A stretch of DNA of 64,000 nt from Microbacteriaceae bacterium (GTDB taxonomy: Bacteria > Actinomycetota > Actinomycetes > Actinomycetales > Microbacteriaceae), in NCBI GenBank assembly GCA_027487865.1, contig JAIYCT010000002.1, positions 91,038-155,037 of the forward strand, read 5' to 3'. Below are positions 38,512 through 47,644 of this stretch, piece after piece. The translations under genes were made by a program, and so were the position numbers. Within the stretch, counting starts at the first letter, position 1, and each line of letters starts with the position of its first letter. The notes under the pieces were generated by a model, which was not told where the DNA came from, did no database searches, and saw only the letters and a list, made by a program, of their open reading frames with translations.

Positions 38512-39366
38512 ATGAAGCGTACAAACATTAGATCCGCGGCTTGGCGTCACATCTACGCCTGGGCATTGATTCTGTTTTCGATCTTCCCGATCTACGTGGT
38601 AATCATCAGCTCCTTCGACCCAGCCGGTGGCTTGGCTTCTTCAACCCTTTTGCCGCAGCGCTTTAGCTGGGTGAACTACGAGACGCTGTTTACCTCGCCA
38701 ACGATTCCGTTCATGACCTGGATTTGGAACTCGTCATATTTGGCTGCACTGAACGCCATCCTGTCGATTGTGGTTGGAGCGTTCTCGGCATTTGCATTCT
38801 CAAGGCTTCGCTTCAAGGGTCGCAAAACTGGCTTGCAGACCCTGCTTTTGATTCAGGTGTTCCCGGCGTTCCTTGCCCTTGCCGCCATCTACGTGATGAT
38901 GGAACGCATCTACACCATCTTCCCGGCCATCGGTCTCGGTAGCCACGGTGGATTGCTTCTTATCTACCTAGGTGGATCAATGGGTGTGAATGCTTGGTTG
39001 CTCAAGGGCTTTATTGACTCGATTCCTATGGAGTTGGATGAGGCAGCCAAGATCGATGGTGCGACACCATTCCAGATCTTCTGGCAAATCTTTGTTCCGC
39101 TATCCGCGCCTGTTCTAGCTGTTACGGCTTTGCTCTCCTTCATCGGAACCTTCAACGAGTTTGTACTTGCCAGCTTGTTCTTGCAGGACGTGAACCTAAG
39201 AACTGTGGCTGTTGGTTTGCAGTCCTTCGTTGGTGCACAGTTCGGTGCCAACTGGGGACCGTTTGCCGCCGGTTCTATCCTTGCCTCTGTGCCACTGGTC
39301 GCGCTGTTCCTATTTGCTCAGCGCTACATCATCGGTGGTCTAGTTTCTGGTTCCGTGAAGGGCTAA
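38512..39366 (+). CDS. sugar ABC transporter permease, MalG-like
   Basis: 284 aa, 6 TM, with an EAA motif (LDEAAKIDGATPFQIFWQIFVP). Confidence 0.9.
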   Translation: MKRTNIRSAAWRHIYAWALILFSIFPIYVVIISSFDPAGGLASSTLLPQRFSWVNYETLFTSPTIPFMTWIWNSSYLAALNAILSIVVGAFSAFAFSRLRFKGRKTGLQTLLLIQVFPAFLALAAIYVMMERIYTIFPAIGLGSHGGLLLIYLGGSMGVNAWLLKGFIDSIPMELDEAAKIDGATPFQIFWQIFVPLSAPVLAVTALLSFIGTFNEFVLASLFLQDVNLRTVAVGLQSFVGAQFGANWGPFAAGSILASVPLVALFLFAQRYIIGGLVSGSVKG

Positions 39367-39374
39367 CGCCTTAG

Positions 39375-40592
39375 TTGCTGGATTACCTGCGATTATTGAG
39401 ACCTACGAGCTTGGGGTTGAAATTGCGCATTTTGGTTGGTCTTGCCACCGTCCTTGCCTTAGCCGGCTGCGCATCAGCGACCCCATCCGCAACTCCTTCT
39501 CCAACTGAGGCAGCCCCTAGCACTGGCGTCACTGTCCAGGTTTGGATTGACGAAGAGCTGAGCGAGAGCTTTGCAGTGTTTGCCGAGCAGTTCAAAAAAG
39601 ACACCGGCAACAACCTTGAGATTGTCGTCAAGGATTTCTATGCGCTGGAGACTGAGTTCCCAGCTCAAGCACCAACCGGCCCGGACCTGGTTGTTGGTTC
39701 CAACGAGTGGGTTTCGACCTGGGCGGCAAGCGGCGCTATTGCCCAGGTTCCGCTTTATTCACTTGAACCCTTTGATTCGGTATCTCAAGTATTCGTAAGG
39801 TCCGCGGTGAACTACGGCCTGCCATACGCAACCGAGAATGCAGCTCTTATTTGCAATGCCGATCGAGTCGGCAGTGCACCGAATAACTGGGAAGACCTGA
39901 TTGCCAAGCAGGTAAAACTTCCAATCAACCCAGGTGGCGACCCGTATTTGATTCAGGCAGTTCAGTCCTCCTTCGGGGTGGAGCTTTTCCAAAAATCAGA
40001 GACCGGTGACTACGGAACCGAACTTGCACTTGGTGGAGAACCCGGGTTGAAGTTCGCCTCTTGGCTCAGGGGTAACTCGGTAGATTTCCCACAGCTTGAC
40101 TACACCGCTGCAACCGAATTCTTTGCCACCGAGCAGACTCCCTGCTGGTATACCGGCATGTGGGCAGTACCTGCAATCAAGGAGCGAGCGCAGTTCAACC
40201 TAACCGCCTACCCGTTGCCTTCGGCAGGCGGAGAAACCGCTGCACCATTTGGGGCATCGAGAGCCTTTTTCCTAAATAGCAAATCGCAACATCCAGACCA
40301 GGCGGGTGCATTGCTAGAGCTTTTAGCCTCGGACTCAGCCCAGCAATTGATCTTTGAAACAACCGGCCGACAGCCGGTGACCAGTGCCTTTGATGGCTCT
40401 ATTCAGGATCCAGTGATGCGCGGATTTATGGAAGCTTCGAAGTCCAGCGTCGGCATCCCAGATACAGCACTGATGCAACACGTCTGGGGTCCGCTCGGTA
40501 TTGCACAGGTGAAACTTTTGGGAGTAGAGAGGCAACCAAAAGACATCTGGAGTCAGATGGTCTCTGAGGTATCAACCAAGTTGGGAAATTAG
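39375..40592 (+). CDS. second ABC transporter sugar-binding lipoprotein
   Basis: 405 aa with a lipobox (LALAGC). The start may be TTG 39417 (MKLRILVGLATVLALAGC). It has a binding-protein-like fold pattern and ordinary codon usage. Confidence 0.75.
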   Translation: MLDYLRLLRPTSLGLKLRILVGLATVLALAGCASATPSATPSPTEAAPSTGVTVQVWIDEELSESFAVFAEQFKKDTGNNLEIVVKDFYALETEFPAQAPTGPDLVVGSNEWVSTWAASGAIAQVPLYSLEPFDSVSQVFVRSAVNYGLPYATENAALICNADRVGSAPNNWEDLIAKQVKLPINPGGDPYLIQAVQSSFGVELFQKSETGDYGTELALGGEPGLKFASWLRGNSVDFPQLDYTAATEFFATEQTPCWYTGMWAVPAIKERAQFNLTAYPLPSAGGETAAPFGASRAFFLNSKSQHPDQAGALLELLASDSAQQLIFETTGRQPVTSAFDGSIQDPVMRGFMEASKSSVGIPDTALMQHVWGPLGIAQVKLLGVERQPKDIWSQMVSEVSTKLGN

Positions 40593-40661
40593 ATTCTAAA
40601 TTTGGCGTTTGCCTAGCACCACCGCTAGTGCTAATCTTGTGCGGTTGCCTTTTAGGCTAAC

Positions 40662-40733
<72 letters not shown>

Positions 40734-40766
40734 CGATCGACAGTGGGTTTATTCGCTGCAGTTCGA

Positions 40767-40843
40767 GGCTGAGTAGCTCAGTTGGTTAGAGCGCACGACT
40801 CATAATCGTGAGGTCGCGGGATCGTGCCCCGCCTCAGCTACCA
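40767..40843 (+). tRNA. tRNA-Met (CAT), elongator-type, CCA encoded, atypical T-loop
   Basis: Acceptor GGCTGAG/CTCAGCT (G1-U72 wobble), anticodon stem CACGA/TCGTG with loop CTCATAA, T arm GCGGG-ATCGTGC-CCCGC (A at position 54 and T at 58, instead of T54/A58). Confidence 0.8.
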
Positions 40844-41872
40844 GGTCAATACCCTGACATTTCGTAGGTCAGCCAAGAATTTGGTGCCCGAAATCTCATC
40901 CCAAATCAGCTCGAAGTTACTGAGCTTCAGCTTGTCCACAACCGTCAAAAAACTGGTGATGAAGGCCCTGGCCTCGTATTCGGCAAGATTCATTCCAATA
41001 CAGGCGTGAGGGCCGTAGCCGAAGGCTAGATGCGGCTGCTTGCCTCGGTAGATGTTGACCCGATCCGGAGCTTCCCAAATCGATTCGTCATAGTTTGCAG
41101 AAGCAAAGTGCAACCGATGGTAAACCGGCTCAGCCTCTGAAGTCTCGTCGGTTTTGATTCTTTCGATTGCCGGCAGGGGTGTCAAAAACCTAAGTAGCTC
41201 ATTGATGATTGAGCGTTCCAGGGAAGGGTCTGCTTTGAGGGCGGCAAGGTCCTCGGGCTTATTTAGAAGGTGCCAAACCAATCCAGAAATCAGTTTGATC
41301 ACAGTGTCACGCCCGCCGGCCAAAAGCACGCTGGCATAGCCTCTGAACTCAGCCTCGGTTAGGGGCTCTCCAAGTGGCCTGGTAGATCTGATAAAGCCCC
41401 AGACATCATCCTTGAGTTCTTCTTCAAACACCCTTGCCAAATAGCCGTGCAGTGTCTTGCCGGATCTGGTCGGTGACTCTGCAGTCCAAACATCTGGCCC
41501 CCAGGAGATCCACTCATCGAAGTCCTGCGGACGGTTGTAAATCAAGGTTAGGCAACCAACCACATAGGGCAGAGAAATCTCGGTGTAGACATCTACCTCA
41601 CCCCTACCGCCGAGCTTTTCAAGCAGGTTTTTAGCAAGGTTCTCAAACTTAGGCTTTAGCTCTTCTAGCTTCGGCCGCAGAAACAGCGACTGAATTGCGT
41701 GGCGATAAGAGGTGTGGGCTGGAGGGTCCACCTCTAGAGGGAGTTGGGGGTAATCTCTGACGTCACGATCGCCCTGCAGATTTGAGGAGTACTGCTCCCA
41801 ATCTTTCGCTGCATCGCGAACAGCGTTGTAGCCGAGAATTGCTTTATTCGGCTCATCGGTAAATGACTTCAT
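40838..41872 (-). CDS. cytochrome P450 (compact, 344 aa)
   Basis: Heme-ligand loop FGYGPHACIGMNLA, EXXR motif (ELLR) and I-helix LLAGGRDTV. A GAGGTG Shine-Dalgarno sequence lies upstream of ATG 41872. The stop codon overlaps the tRNA-Met 3' end by 6 nt. Confidence 0.85.
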   Translation of the reverse strand: MKSFTDEPNKAILGYNAVRDAAKDWEQYSSNLQGDRDVRDYPQLPLEVDPPAHTSYRHAIQSLFLRPKLEELKPKFENLAKNLLEKLGGRGEVDVYTEISLPYVVGCLTLIYNRPQDFDEWISWGPDVWTAESPTRSGKTLHGYLARVFEEELKDDVWGFIRSTRPLGEPLTEAEFRGYASVLLAGGRDTVIKLISGLVWHLLNKPEDLAALKADPSLERSIINELLRFLTPLPAIERIKTDETSEAEPVYHRLHFASANYDESIWEAPDRVNIYRGKQPHLAFGYGPHACIGMNLAEYEARAFITSFLTVVDKLKLSNFELIWDEISGTKFLADLRNVRVLTW

Positions 41873-41916
41873 TGTTCTTCACCTCGAGAAAAGGGCATTG
41901 AGACTAGCCTTATCCT

Positions 41917-42354
41917 ATGGTGAATCCGGACATTCAAGGCAAGCGCTACCCCAGGACCTCCAGCTATTTGGTGGGTCGCGAAAAGGTGCGCGAATTCGCA
42001 AAAGCTGTCATGGCAGCAAAGGAATCTCAGGACTTGGGATTCGCTCAATCCAAGGGTTATGCAGACCTAGTTGTGCCACCAACTTTCCCAGTTGTAATTC
42101 AGGAGCAGAGCCTTACGCTCGTGTTGTCTGATCCTGAGGCCAAGATTGACTTTTCTCGCGTGGTTCACGGTGACCAGCGCTTCGTTTACCAACGCCCAAT
42201 CATTGCCGGCGATGAACTTACCTCTGAGCTCACTGTGGCCAGCGTGAAGAGCCTTGGCGGAAACCACATGGTTACCTTTGAGACGGAGATTTTTGATACC
42301 GCAGACAAGCTGGTCTGCACCGCAATTTCAACCCTGGTTGTGAGGGGAGAGTAA
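41917..42354 (+). CDS. MaoC-like dehydratase N-terminal-type subunit (HadA-like, UPF0336)
   Basis: 145 aa. The GKRYPRTSSYLVGREKVREFAKAV pattern and its position upstream of secE match the hadABC position in mycobacteria. Confidence 0.8.
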   Translation: MVNPDIQGKRYPRTSSYLVGREKVREFAKAVMAAKESQDLGFAQSKGYADLVVPPTFPVVIQEQSLTLVLSDPEAKIDFSRVVHGDQRFVYQRPIIAGDELTSELTVASVKSLGGNHMVTFETEIFDTADKLVCTAISTLVVRGE

Positions 42355-42770
42355 TGCCTAAATTTGAAGAACTAACCGTTGGCGATGTTGTTGCCCAGCA
42401 GGATTACAAGATCACGCGTGACTCACTGGTTCGCTATGCCGGCGCATCGGGGGATTTCAACACCATCCACTACCGCGATGACATTGCCCAGGCAGTTGGC
42501 TTGCCAGGTGTTCTGGCCCACGGAATGTTGACCATGGGTATCTCAATCCAGCCGGTGGTTTCTTGGGTCGGTGACGCAGGTCAGGTTGTGGACTACGGCG
42601 TTAGATTCACTAAGCCTGTTGTGGTTCCAGCCCAGGGTCACGCAGCGCTCAATGTCAAAGCAACCATTGGCGCTTTGGAAGAAGAAACCAAGCGTGCGAG
42701 AGTCGACCTAACCACCACGTTTGAAGAGAACACCGTATTGGGCAAGTCCCAGGCTTGGGTGCAGTTTTGA
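42354..42770 (+). CDS. MaoC-family (R)-specific hydratase/dehydratase (HadB-like)
   Basis: 138 aa with the hot-dog fold motif SGDFNTIHYRDDIAQAVGLPGVLAHGMLT. Its ATG overlaps the upstream stop. Confidence 0.85.
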   Translation: MPKFEELTVGDVVAQQDYKITRDSLVRYAGASGDFNTIHYRDDIAQAVGLPGVLAHGMLTMGISIQPVVSWVGDAGQVVDYGVRFTKPVVVPAQGHAALNVKATIGALEEETKRARVDLTTTFEENTVLGKSQAWVQF

Positions 42771-43807
42771 GTCAGGTCCCCATTGAGGTAATGGCCAAAT
42801 ACACCACGATGCAAGTTGGTGGAAAGCCAAAATCTCTAACCAAGTGCGAGAGCACAAAAGAGCTTTACGAGACGGTGCTTAACGCTTGGAATGAAGAGTC
42901 GAACTACCAAATTTTGGCTGGCGGATCAAACACAGTTTTCGCCGATGACATCTCCAATCTCGATGTGATTTTGGTTGCCAATCTCGGCAAGGAAATCGTC
43001 AGCGAATCTGATACTTCGGTCACCGTTCGGGTGCAAGCCGGCGAAGGCTGGGATGAATTTGTAGCTTGGGCAGTTGAGCACGGCTACGCCGGTATCGAGG
43101 CCATGAGCGGCATTCCAGGCAGCGTTGGAGCAACTCCAGTTCAGAACGTTGGTGGATACGGCCAAGAGGTTTCTGAGACCATAAAGCAAATCGAATTCTT
43201 AGACTTTGAGACCTTTGAGGTCGAGGTAAATCCTGCTGAATTCTTTGAGTTTTCATACCGCGACAGCGCACTAAAGCACGGCCTTCGAGGTGTGATTGGC
43301 TGGGTTGAGTTTGAGCTGCAAAAGCTTGGCGGATTGAGCATTCCGATGGCATCGGGTCAGATCACAAATCACCTCGGTGAACCTTACGGATCGCAGTTGC
43401 CACTGCAGGTGGTTCGCGACACTGTGATCGAACTCCGCACCTCCAAGGGCATGGTGGTTCAGGCTTCTGACCCATCGAGTGTGAGCTGCGGCAGCTTTTT
43501 CACCAACCCAGTGGTCTCAAAAATCAAGGCCCTGGAATTCCCTCAGGACATGCAGAAGTGGTCGATGGAAGATGGCGAGAAATTCAAGCTCTCTGCCGGT
43601 TGGTTGATTGAAAACTCCGGCATCCCAAAGGGTTATGCGCTACCTGGATCAAAGGCCAAGGTGAGCGATAAGCATGCCCTCGCGATCACTAATGGCGGGG
43701 GAGCTAAGTCCAAGGAAATCATCGAACTTGCAAGGTTCATTCAGGAGCGGGTAGCCGCAACCTGGGGCATCAACCTCGTGCCAGAACCTAACCTGATTGG
43801 GTTTTAG
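42755..43807 (+). CDS. murB: UDP-N-acetylenolpyruvoylglucosamine reductase
   Basis: 350 aa with an FAD-binding domain ([17 protein letters not shown]) and the [18 protein letters not shown] motif. The exact start is uncertain. Confidence 0.9.
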   Translation: MGAVLSQVPIEVMAKYTTMQVGGKPKSLTKCESTKELYETVLNAWNEESNYQILAGGSNTVFADDISNLDVILVANLGKEIVSESDTSVTVRVQAGEGWDEFVAWAVEHGYAGIEAMSGIPGSVGATPVQNVGGYGQEVSETIKQIEFLDFETFEVEVNPAEFFEFSYRDSALKHGLRGVIGWVEFELQKLGGLSIPMASGQITNHLGEPYGSQLPLQVVRDTVIELRTSKGMVVQASDPSSVSCGSFFTNPVVSKIKALEFPQDMQKWSMEDGEKFKLSAGWLIENSGIPKGYALPGSKAKVSDKHALAITNGGGAKSKEIIELARFIQERVAATWGINLVPEPNLIGF

Positions 43808-45003
43808 CTAAACAGGCGCTGCAAGCGCTGAATGCCCGCAACCAACTGGTCATCGCCCAGTGCGTAGCTGAGGCGAACATAGCCCGAAGGTCCAAAGGCT
43901 TCACCTGGAACCATCGCAACCTCAGCCGCATCGAGTGCGTAGTCACAAAGTTCTAGCGAGCTGTTGATCTGCTTGCCACCCCAGTTCTTACCCAAAAGAC
44001 CAGAGACGTCGCTGTAGATGTAGAAGGCGCCCTTTGGGGTTGGGGTCACAACACCTGCAACCTTGTTCATCTCGGAAACCGCAAGCTGTCTGCGACGATC
44101 AAATGCTGCGAGCATCTCCTGCACCGGCTGCTGGTCACCGGTAAGTGATGCAAGGGCTGCACGCTGGGAGATGTTGGAAACGTTTGAAGATAGGTGCGAC
44201 TGCAGGTTCGCAGCAGCCTTGGCTGCATCCAGTGGGGCAACCATCCAACCCAAGCGCCAACCGGTCATCGCGTAGGTCTTAGCCACACCGTTGACCATGA
44301 TGGTGCGGTCAGCAAGCTCTGGAACCAACTCGGTGATTGAGTAGGCGTAAAGTCCGTCGTAGGTGAGGTTTTGGTAAATCTCATCCGATACCACCCAGAG
44401 GTTTGGCTTCGAAGCCACCCACTGGCCAATCGCCAAGATCTCTTCTTTGGTGTAAACCGCACCGGTTGGGTTGGAGGGTGAGCAGAGCAAAAGCACCTTG
44501 GTCTTCGGGGTGTAAGCAGCCTCTAGCTGAGCAACCGTGACCTTGTAGTCCTGGTCGCTGCCAGCGAATACGTCGACCTGCTTGCCACCGGCAAGTTTGA
44601 TTGCCTCTGGGTAGGTGGTCCAGTAAGGAGCTGGGACCAAGACCTCATCCTGCGGGTCCAAGATCACCGCAAATGCCTGGTAAACGGCCTGCTTGCCACC
44701 GTTCGTGACAATTACCTGCGCCGCAGTGACTTCGGTACCCGAGTCACGCTTGGTCTTCTCAACGATTGCTTCGCGAAGTTCTGGCAGACCAGCTGCCGGG
44801 GTGTAGCGGTGGTTCTTAGGGTCGCGAACTGCTAAAACAGCGGCCTCGACGATGTGCTGCGGGGTAGCGAAATCTGGCTCTCCGGCGGCGAAAGAAATGA
44901 CATCCTTGCCCTCGGCCTTGAGAGCTTTCGCCTTGGCATCAACTTTTAGCGTTGCACTCTCTGCGATGGCAGCGATTCTTTGAGAAATACGGTTTGCGGA
45001 CAT
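43804..45003 (-). CDS. PLP-dependent aminotransferase (aspartate aminotransferase class I)
   Basis: 399 aa with SPSNPTG, a PLP-lysine region ([15 protein letters not shown]) and a C-terminal RLSYA. Confidence 0.9.
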   Translation of the reverse strand: MSANRISQRIAAIAESATLKVDAKAKALKAEGKDVISFAAGEPDFATPQHIVEAAVLAVRDPKNHRYTPAAGLPELREAIVEKTKRDSGTEVTAAQVIVTNGGKQAVYQAFAVILDPQDEVLVPAPYWTTYPEAIKLAGGKQVDVFAGSDQDYKVTVAQLEAAYTPKTKVLLLCSPSNPTGAVYTKEEILAIGQWVASKPNLWVVSDEIYQNLTYDGLYAYSITELVPELADRTIMVNGVAKTYAMTGWRLGWMVAPLDAAKAAANLQSHLSSNVSNISQRAALASLTGDQQPVQEMLAAFDRRRQLAVSEMNKVAGVVTPTPKGAFYIYSDVSGLLGKNWGGKQINSSLELCDYALDAAEVAMVPGEAFGPSGYVRLSYALGDDQLVAGIQRLQRLFS

Positions 45004-45214
45004 GCCTAAAAGAATACTTAGGTTTCTCAGATTTCAGGCCAGGATTCCCGTTGCATATCCCCGTCTTTACCCCTAAACTCTTTCAAGTTGACATCTGCCC
45101 AAACTAATCTGGCGAAAAATCAAACTAATAGATTCAATCTAGAAGTATGCCTTTCTCAGGTGACACTTGAAACCAAGCCTCGTGTCTGTTCAGGTTGATG
45201 TAGATGGCAACGAT

Positions 45215-45287
45215 AGGGCGGTAGTTCAATTGGTAGAGCAGCGGTCTCCAAAACCGCAAGTTGCAGGTTCAAATCCTGTCCGCCCTG
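45215..45287 (+). tRNA. tRNA-Trp (CCA)
   Basis: Hand-folded: acceptor AGGGCGG/CCGCCCT, anticodon loop CTCCAAA, T arm GCAGG-TTCAAAT-CCTGT. It is in the canonical position upstream of secE. Confidence 0.9.
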
Positions 45288-45309
45288 CGCTAACAAAGAA
45301 GGATGACAA

Positions 45310-45573
45310 ATGTCAGAAGAGACACAGAACGCCTCTGAAGACTTAGTTGAAGCCGCGAAAGCGGAAAAGGCTAAGACCAAGAACCCGCTTCAGCGCGGAT
45401 CGCTGTTTTTCCGTCAGGTGGTTGCAGAACTTGGGAAGGTCACCAGACCGACCCGCAAAGAGCTAATCAACTACACCGGTGTAGTGCTTGGTTTCGTGGC
45501 GGTAGTGATGGCAATCATCAGCGGCCTGGACTGGGTCTTCTACAACGTTGTCACCTTCGTATTTGCAGGATAA
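45310..45573 (+). CDS. secE: preprotein translocase subunit SecE
   Basis: 87 aa. FFRQVVAELGKVTRPTRKEL followed by a single TM helix. Confidence 0.9.
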   Translation: MSEETQNASEDLVEAAKAEKAKTKNPLQRGSLFFRQVVAELGKVTRPTRKELINYTGVVLGFVAVVMAIISGLDWVFYNVVTFVFAG

Positions 45574-45583
45574 AGAGGAATTT

Positions 45584-46417
45584 GTGTCAGACCTAAACTT
45601 CAGCGACACCGAGGAAACTGAGCCAATGGCTCAGTCCGAGGACACAGTGAACGAGAACACCGACTTAGACGAGGCCGACCTAGACCTCGCAGAGGTTGAG
45701 GCAGAGCACGAGCTCGACGGTTTCCAAATCGAAGAGGTTCCTTCCGAGGCAGAGGTTGTTGCAGCCGATGCAGCAGCGGCCGAGGATGACCCTTACCGCA
45801 AGTTCCGTCAGGAACTTCGCGAGCAGGATGGTAAGTGGTTTGTTATCCACTCCTACGCAGGTTACGAGCGTCGCGTGAAGCAGAACATCGAAGTTCGTCG
45901 TGCAGCATTGGCCGGAGGTGACCAGGTCTTCCAGGTCGAGGTCCCAATGGAAGAGACCATCGAGATCAAGAACGGTCAGCGCAAGCTAGTTTCCAAGGTG
46001 CGTATCCCTGGATACGTTCTAGTCCGCATGGAAATGACTGAGGACACCTGGTCGCTAGTGCGCCACACTCCTGCGGTTACTGGTTTCGTTGGCAACAGCC
46101 AGCACCCAACCCCACTTCGTCCAAACGAAGCTTTCGAAATGCTAAAGCCGCTATTCACCCCTGAGGAAACTGAAGAGGTCAAGAGCGCTAAGGCTGCAAT
46201 TTCATCCGGTGGCAAGGCCAAGGGCAGAACGATCCCAGTAAAGATCGACTTCTCGGTTGGCGAATCCATCATGATCAAGGACGGCTCATTCGCTGGCCTT
46301 CCAGGCACAATCTCGGAGATCAACCCAGCCTCTGGCAAGATCACCGTTCTAGTTTCGCTATTCGAGCGTGAGACTCCAGTGGAGCTGTCTTTTGACCAAG
46401 TCGGACCACTGAACTAA
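45584..46417 (+). CDS. nusG: transcription termination/antitermination factor NusG with an acidic N-terminal extension
   Basis: The ORF is trimmed to GTG 45584, which is preceded by AAGAGGA. It has an NGN domain (WFVIHSYAGYERRVKQNI) and a KOW domain (GESIMIKDGSFAGLPGTISEI). Confidence 0.95.
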   Translation: MSDLNFSDTEETEPMAQSEDTVNENTDLDEADLDLAEVEAEHELDGFQIEEVPSEAEVVAADAAAAEDDPYRKFRQELREQDGKWFVIHSYAGYERRVKQNIEVRRAALAGGDQVFQVEVPMEETIEIKNGQRKLVSKVRIPGYVLVRMEMTEDTWSLVRHTPAVTGFVGNSQHPTPLRPNEAFEMLKPLFTPEETEEVKSAKAAISSGGKAKGRTIPVKIDFSVGESIMIKDGSFAGLPGTISEINPASGKITVLVSLFERETPVELSFDQVGPLN

Positions 46418-46438
46418 TAAGAGAGAAAAGAAAACAAC

Positions 46439-46870
46439 ATGGCACCCAAGAAGAAAGTCACCGGTCTGATCAAGCTTCAGATCCAGGCTGGCGCTGCTAA
46501 CCCAGCTCCACCTATCGGACCTGCTCTAGGTCAGCACGGTGTAAACATCATGGAGTTCTGCACCCAGTACAACGCAGCTACCGCTGACCAGCGTGGCAAC
46601 GTAGTACCGGTTGAGATCACCGTTTACGAAGACCGTTCATTCACCTTCATTCTGAAGACCCCTCCTGCCGCTGAGCTAATCAAGAAGGCAGCTGGAGTTC
46701 AGAAGGGAAGCGCAACCCCTCACACCGTGAAGGTTGCAAAGCTATCCCGTGACCAGGTGTTGAAGATTGCCGAGGCGAAGATGAGCGACCTAAACGCTAA
46801 CGACGTCGAAGCAGCAGCAAAGATCATCGCTGGAACTGCCCGCTCAATGGGCATCACCACCGAGCTATAA
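46439..46870 (+). CDS. rplK: 50S ribosomal protein L11
   Basis: 143 aa with [30 protein letters not shown]. Confidence 0.97.
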   Translation: MAPKKKVTGLIKLQIQAGAANPAPPIGPALGQHGVNIMEFCTQYNAATADQRGNVVPVEITVYEDRSFTFILKTPPAAELIKKAAGVQKGSATPHTVKVAKLSRDQVLKIAEAKMSDLNANDVEAAAKIIAGTARSMGITTEL

Positions 46871-46892
46871 ACCCAATAACCAAACATAAATA

Positions 46893-46929
46893 GTCGTGGG
46901 AGGGGTTAGCGCCCCTTAGAACCACGGAC
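46893..46929 (+). promoter_or_regulatory. structured element in the rplK-rplA spacer (candidate L1 autoregulatory site)
   Basis: Outer helix GTCGTGG/CCACGGAC (one bulge) encloses hairpin AGGGG-TTAGCG-CCCCT. It ends 22 nt before the rplA ATG. Confidence 0.3.
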
Positions 46930-46951
46930 TGTGACCGAAAGGAAAAGCAGA

Positions 46952-47644
46952 ATGGCAAAGCGCTCAAAGGCCTATAACGAGGCCGCAGCAAAGATCCAAG
47001 AAGGCAAGCTCTACAGCGCAGAAGAAGCTGCCGCACTTGCGATCGACACCGCAGGTAAGAAGACCAACTCAACCATCGAGGTTGCACTCAAGCTTGGAGT
47101 GGACCCTCGCAAGGCTGACCAGATGATCCGTGGCACGGTATCTCTCCCTCACGGAACTGGAAAAGTAGCCCGAGTAATCGTGTTTGCAAATGGTGCCGCA
47201 GCAGACGCAGCTCGTGAGGCTGGAGCCGACGAGGTCGGTGGCGATGAGCTAATCGCCAAGGTTGAGGCTGGCTGGGTCGACTTCGACTACGCAGTTGCAA
47301 CCCCAGACCTAATGGGCAAGGTTGGTCGTCTAGGTAAGGTGCTAGGTCCTCGTAACCTAATGCCAAACCCAAAGACCGGAACCGTAACCATGGACACCGC
47401 TAAGGCTGTTACTGACATCAAGGGTGGAAAGATCGACTTCCGCATTGACAAGCAGTCCAACCTTCACTTCATCATTGGTAAGGCAAGCTTCACCCAGGTT
47501 CAGCTAACTGAGAACCTAAACGCCGCAATGGATGAGGTTGTTCGTCTAAAGCCTTCTACCTCAAAGGGTAAGTACCTTCTAAAGGGTGCCGTAGCGACCA
47601 CTTTCGGTCCTGGCATTCCTTTGGACACCGCAACCTTTATGTAA
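46952..47644 (+). CDS. rplA: 50S ribosomal protein L1
   Basis: The ORF is trimmed to ATG 46952 ([11 protein letters not shown]...), preceded by AAAGGA. 230 aa with a typical L1 sequence. Confidence 0.97.
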   Translation: MAKRSKAYNEAAAKIQEGKLYSAEEAAALAIDTAGKKTNSTIEVALKLGVDPRKADQMIRGTVSLPHGTGKVARVIVFANGAAADAAREAGADEVGGDELIAKVEAGWVDFDYAVATPDLMGKVGRLGKVLGPRNLMPNPKTGTVTMDTAKAVTDIKGGKIDFRIDKQSNLHFIIGKASFTQVQLTENLNAAMDEVVRLKPSTSKGKYLLKGAVATTFGPGIPLDTATFM

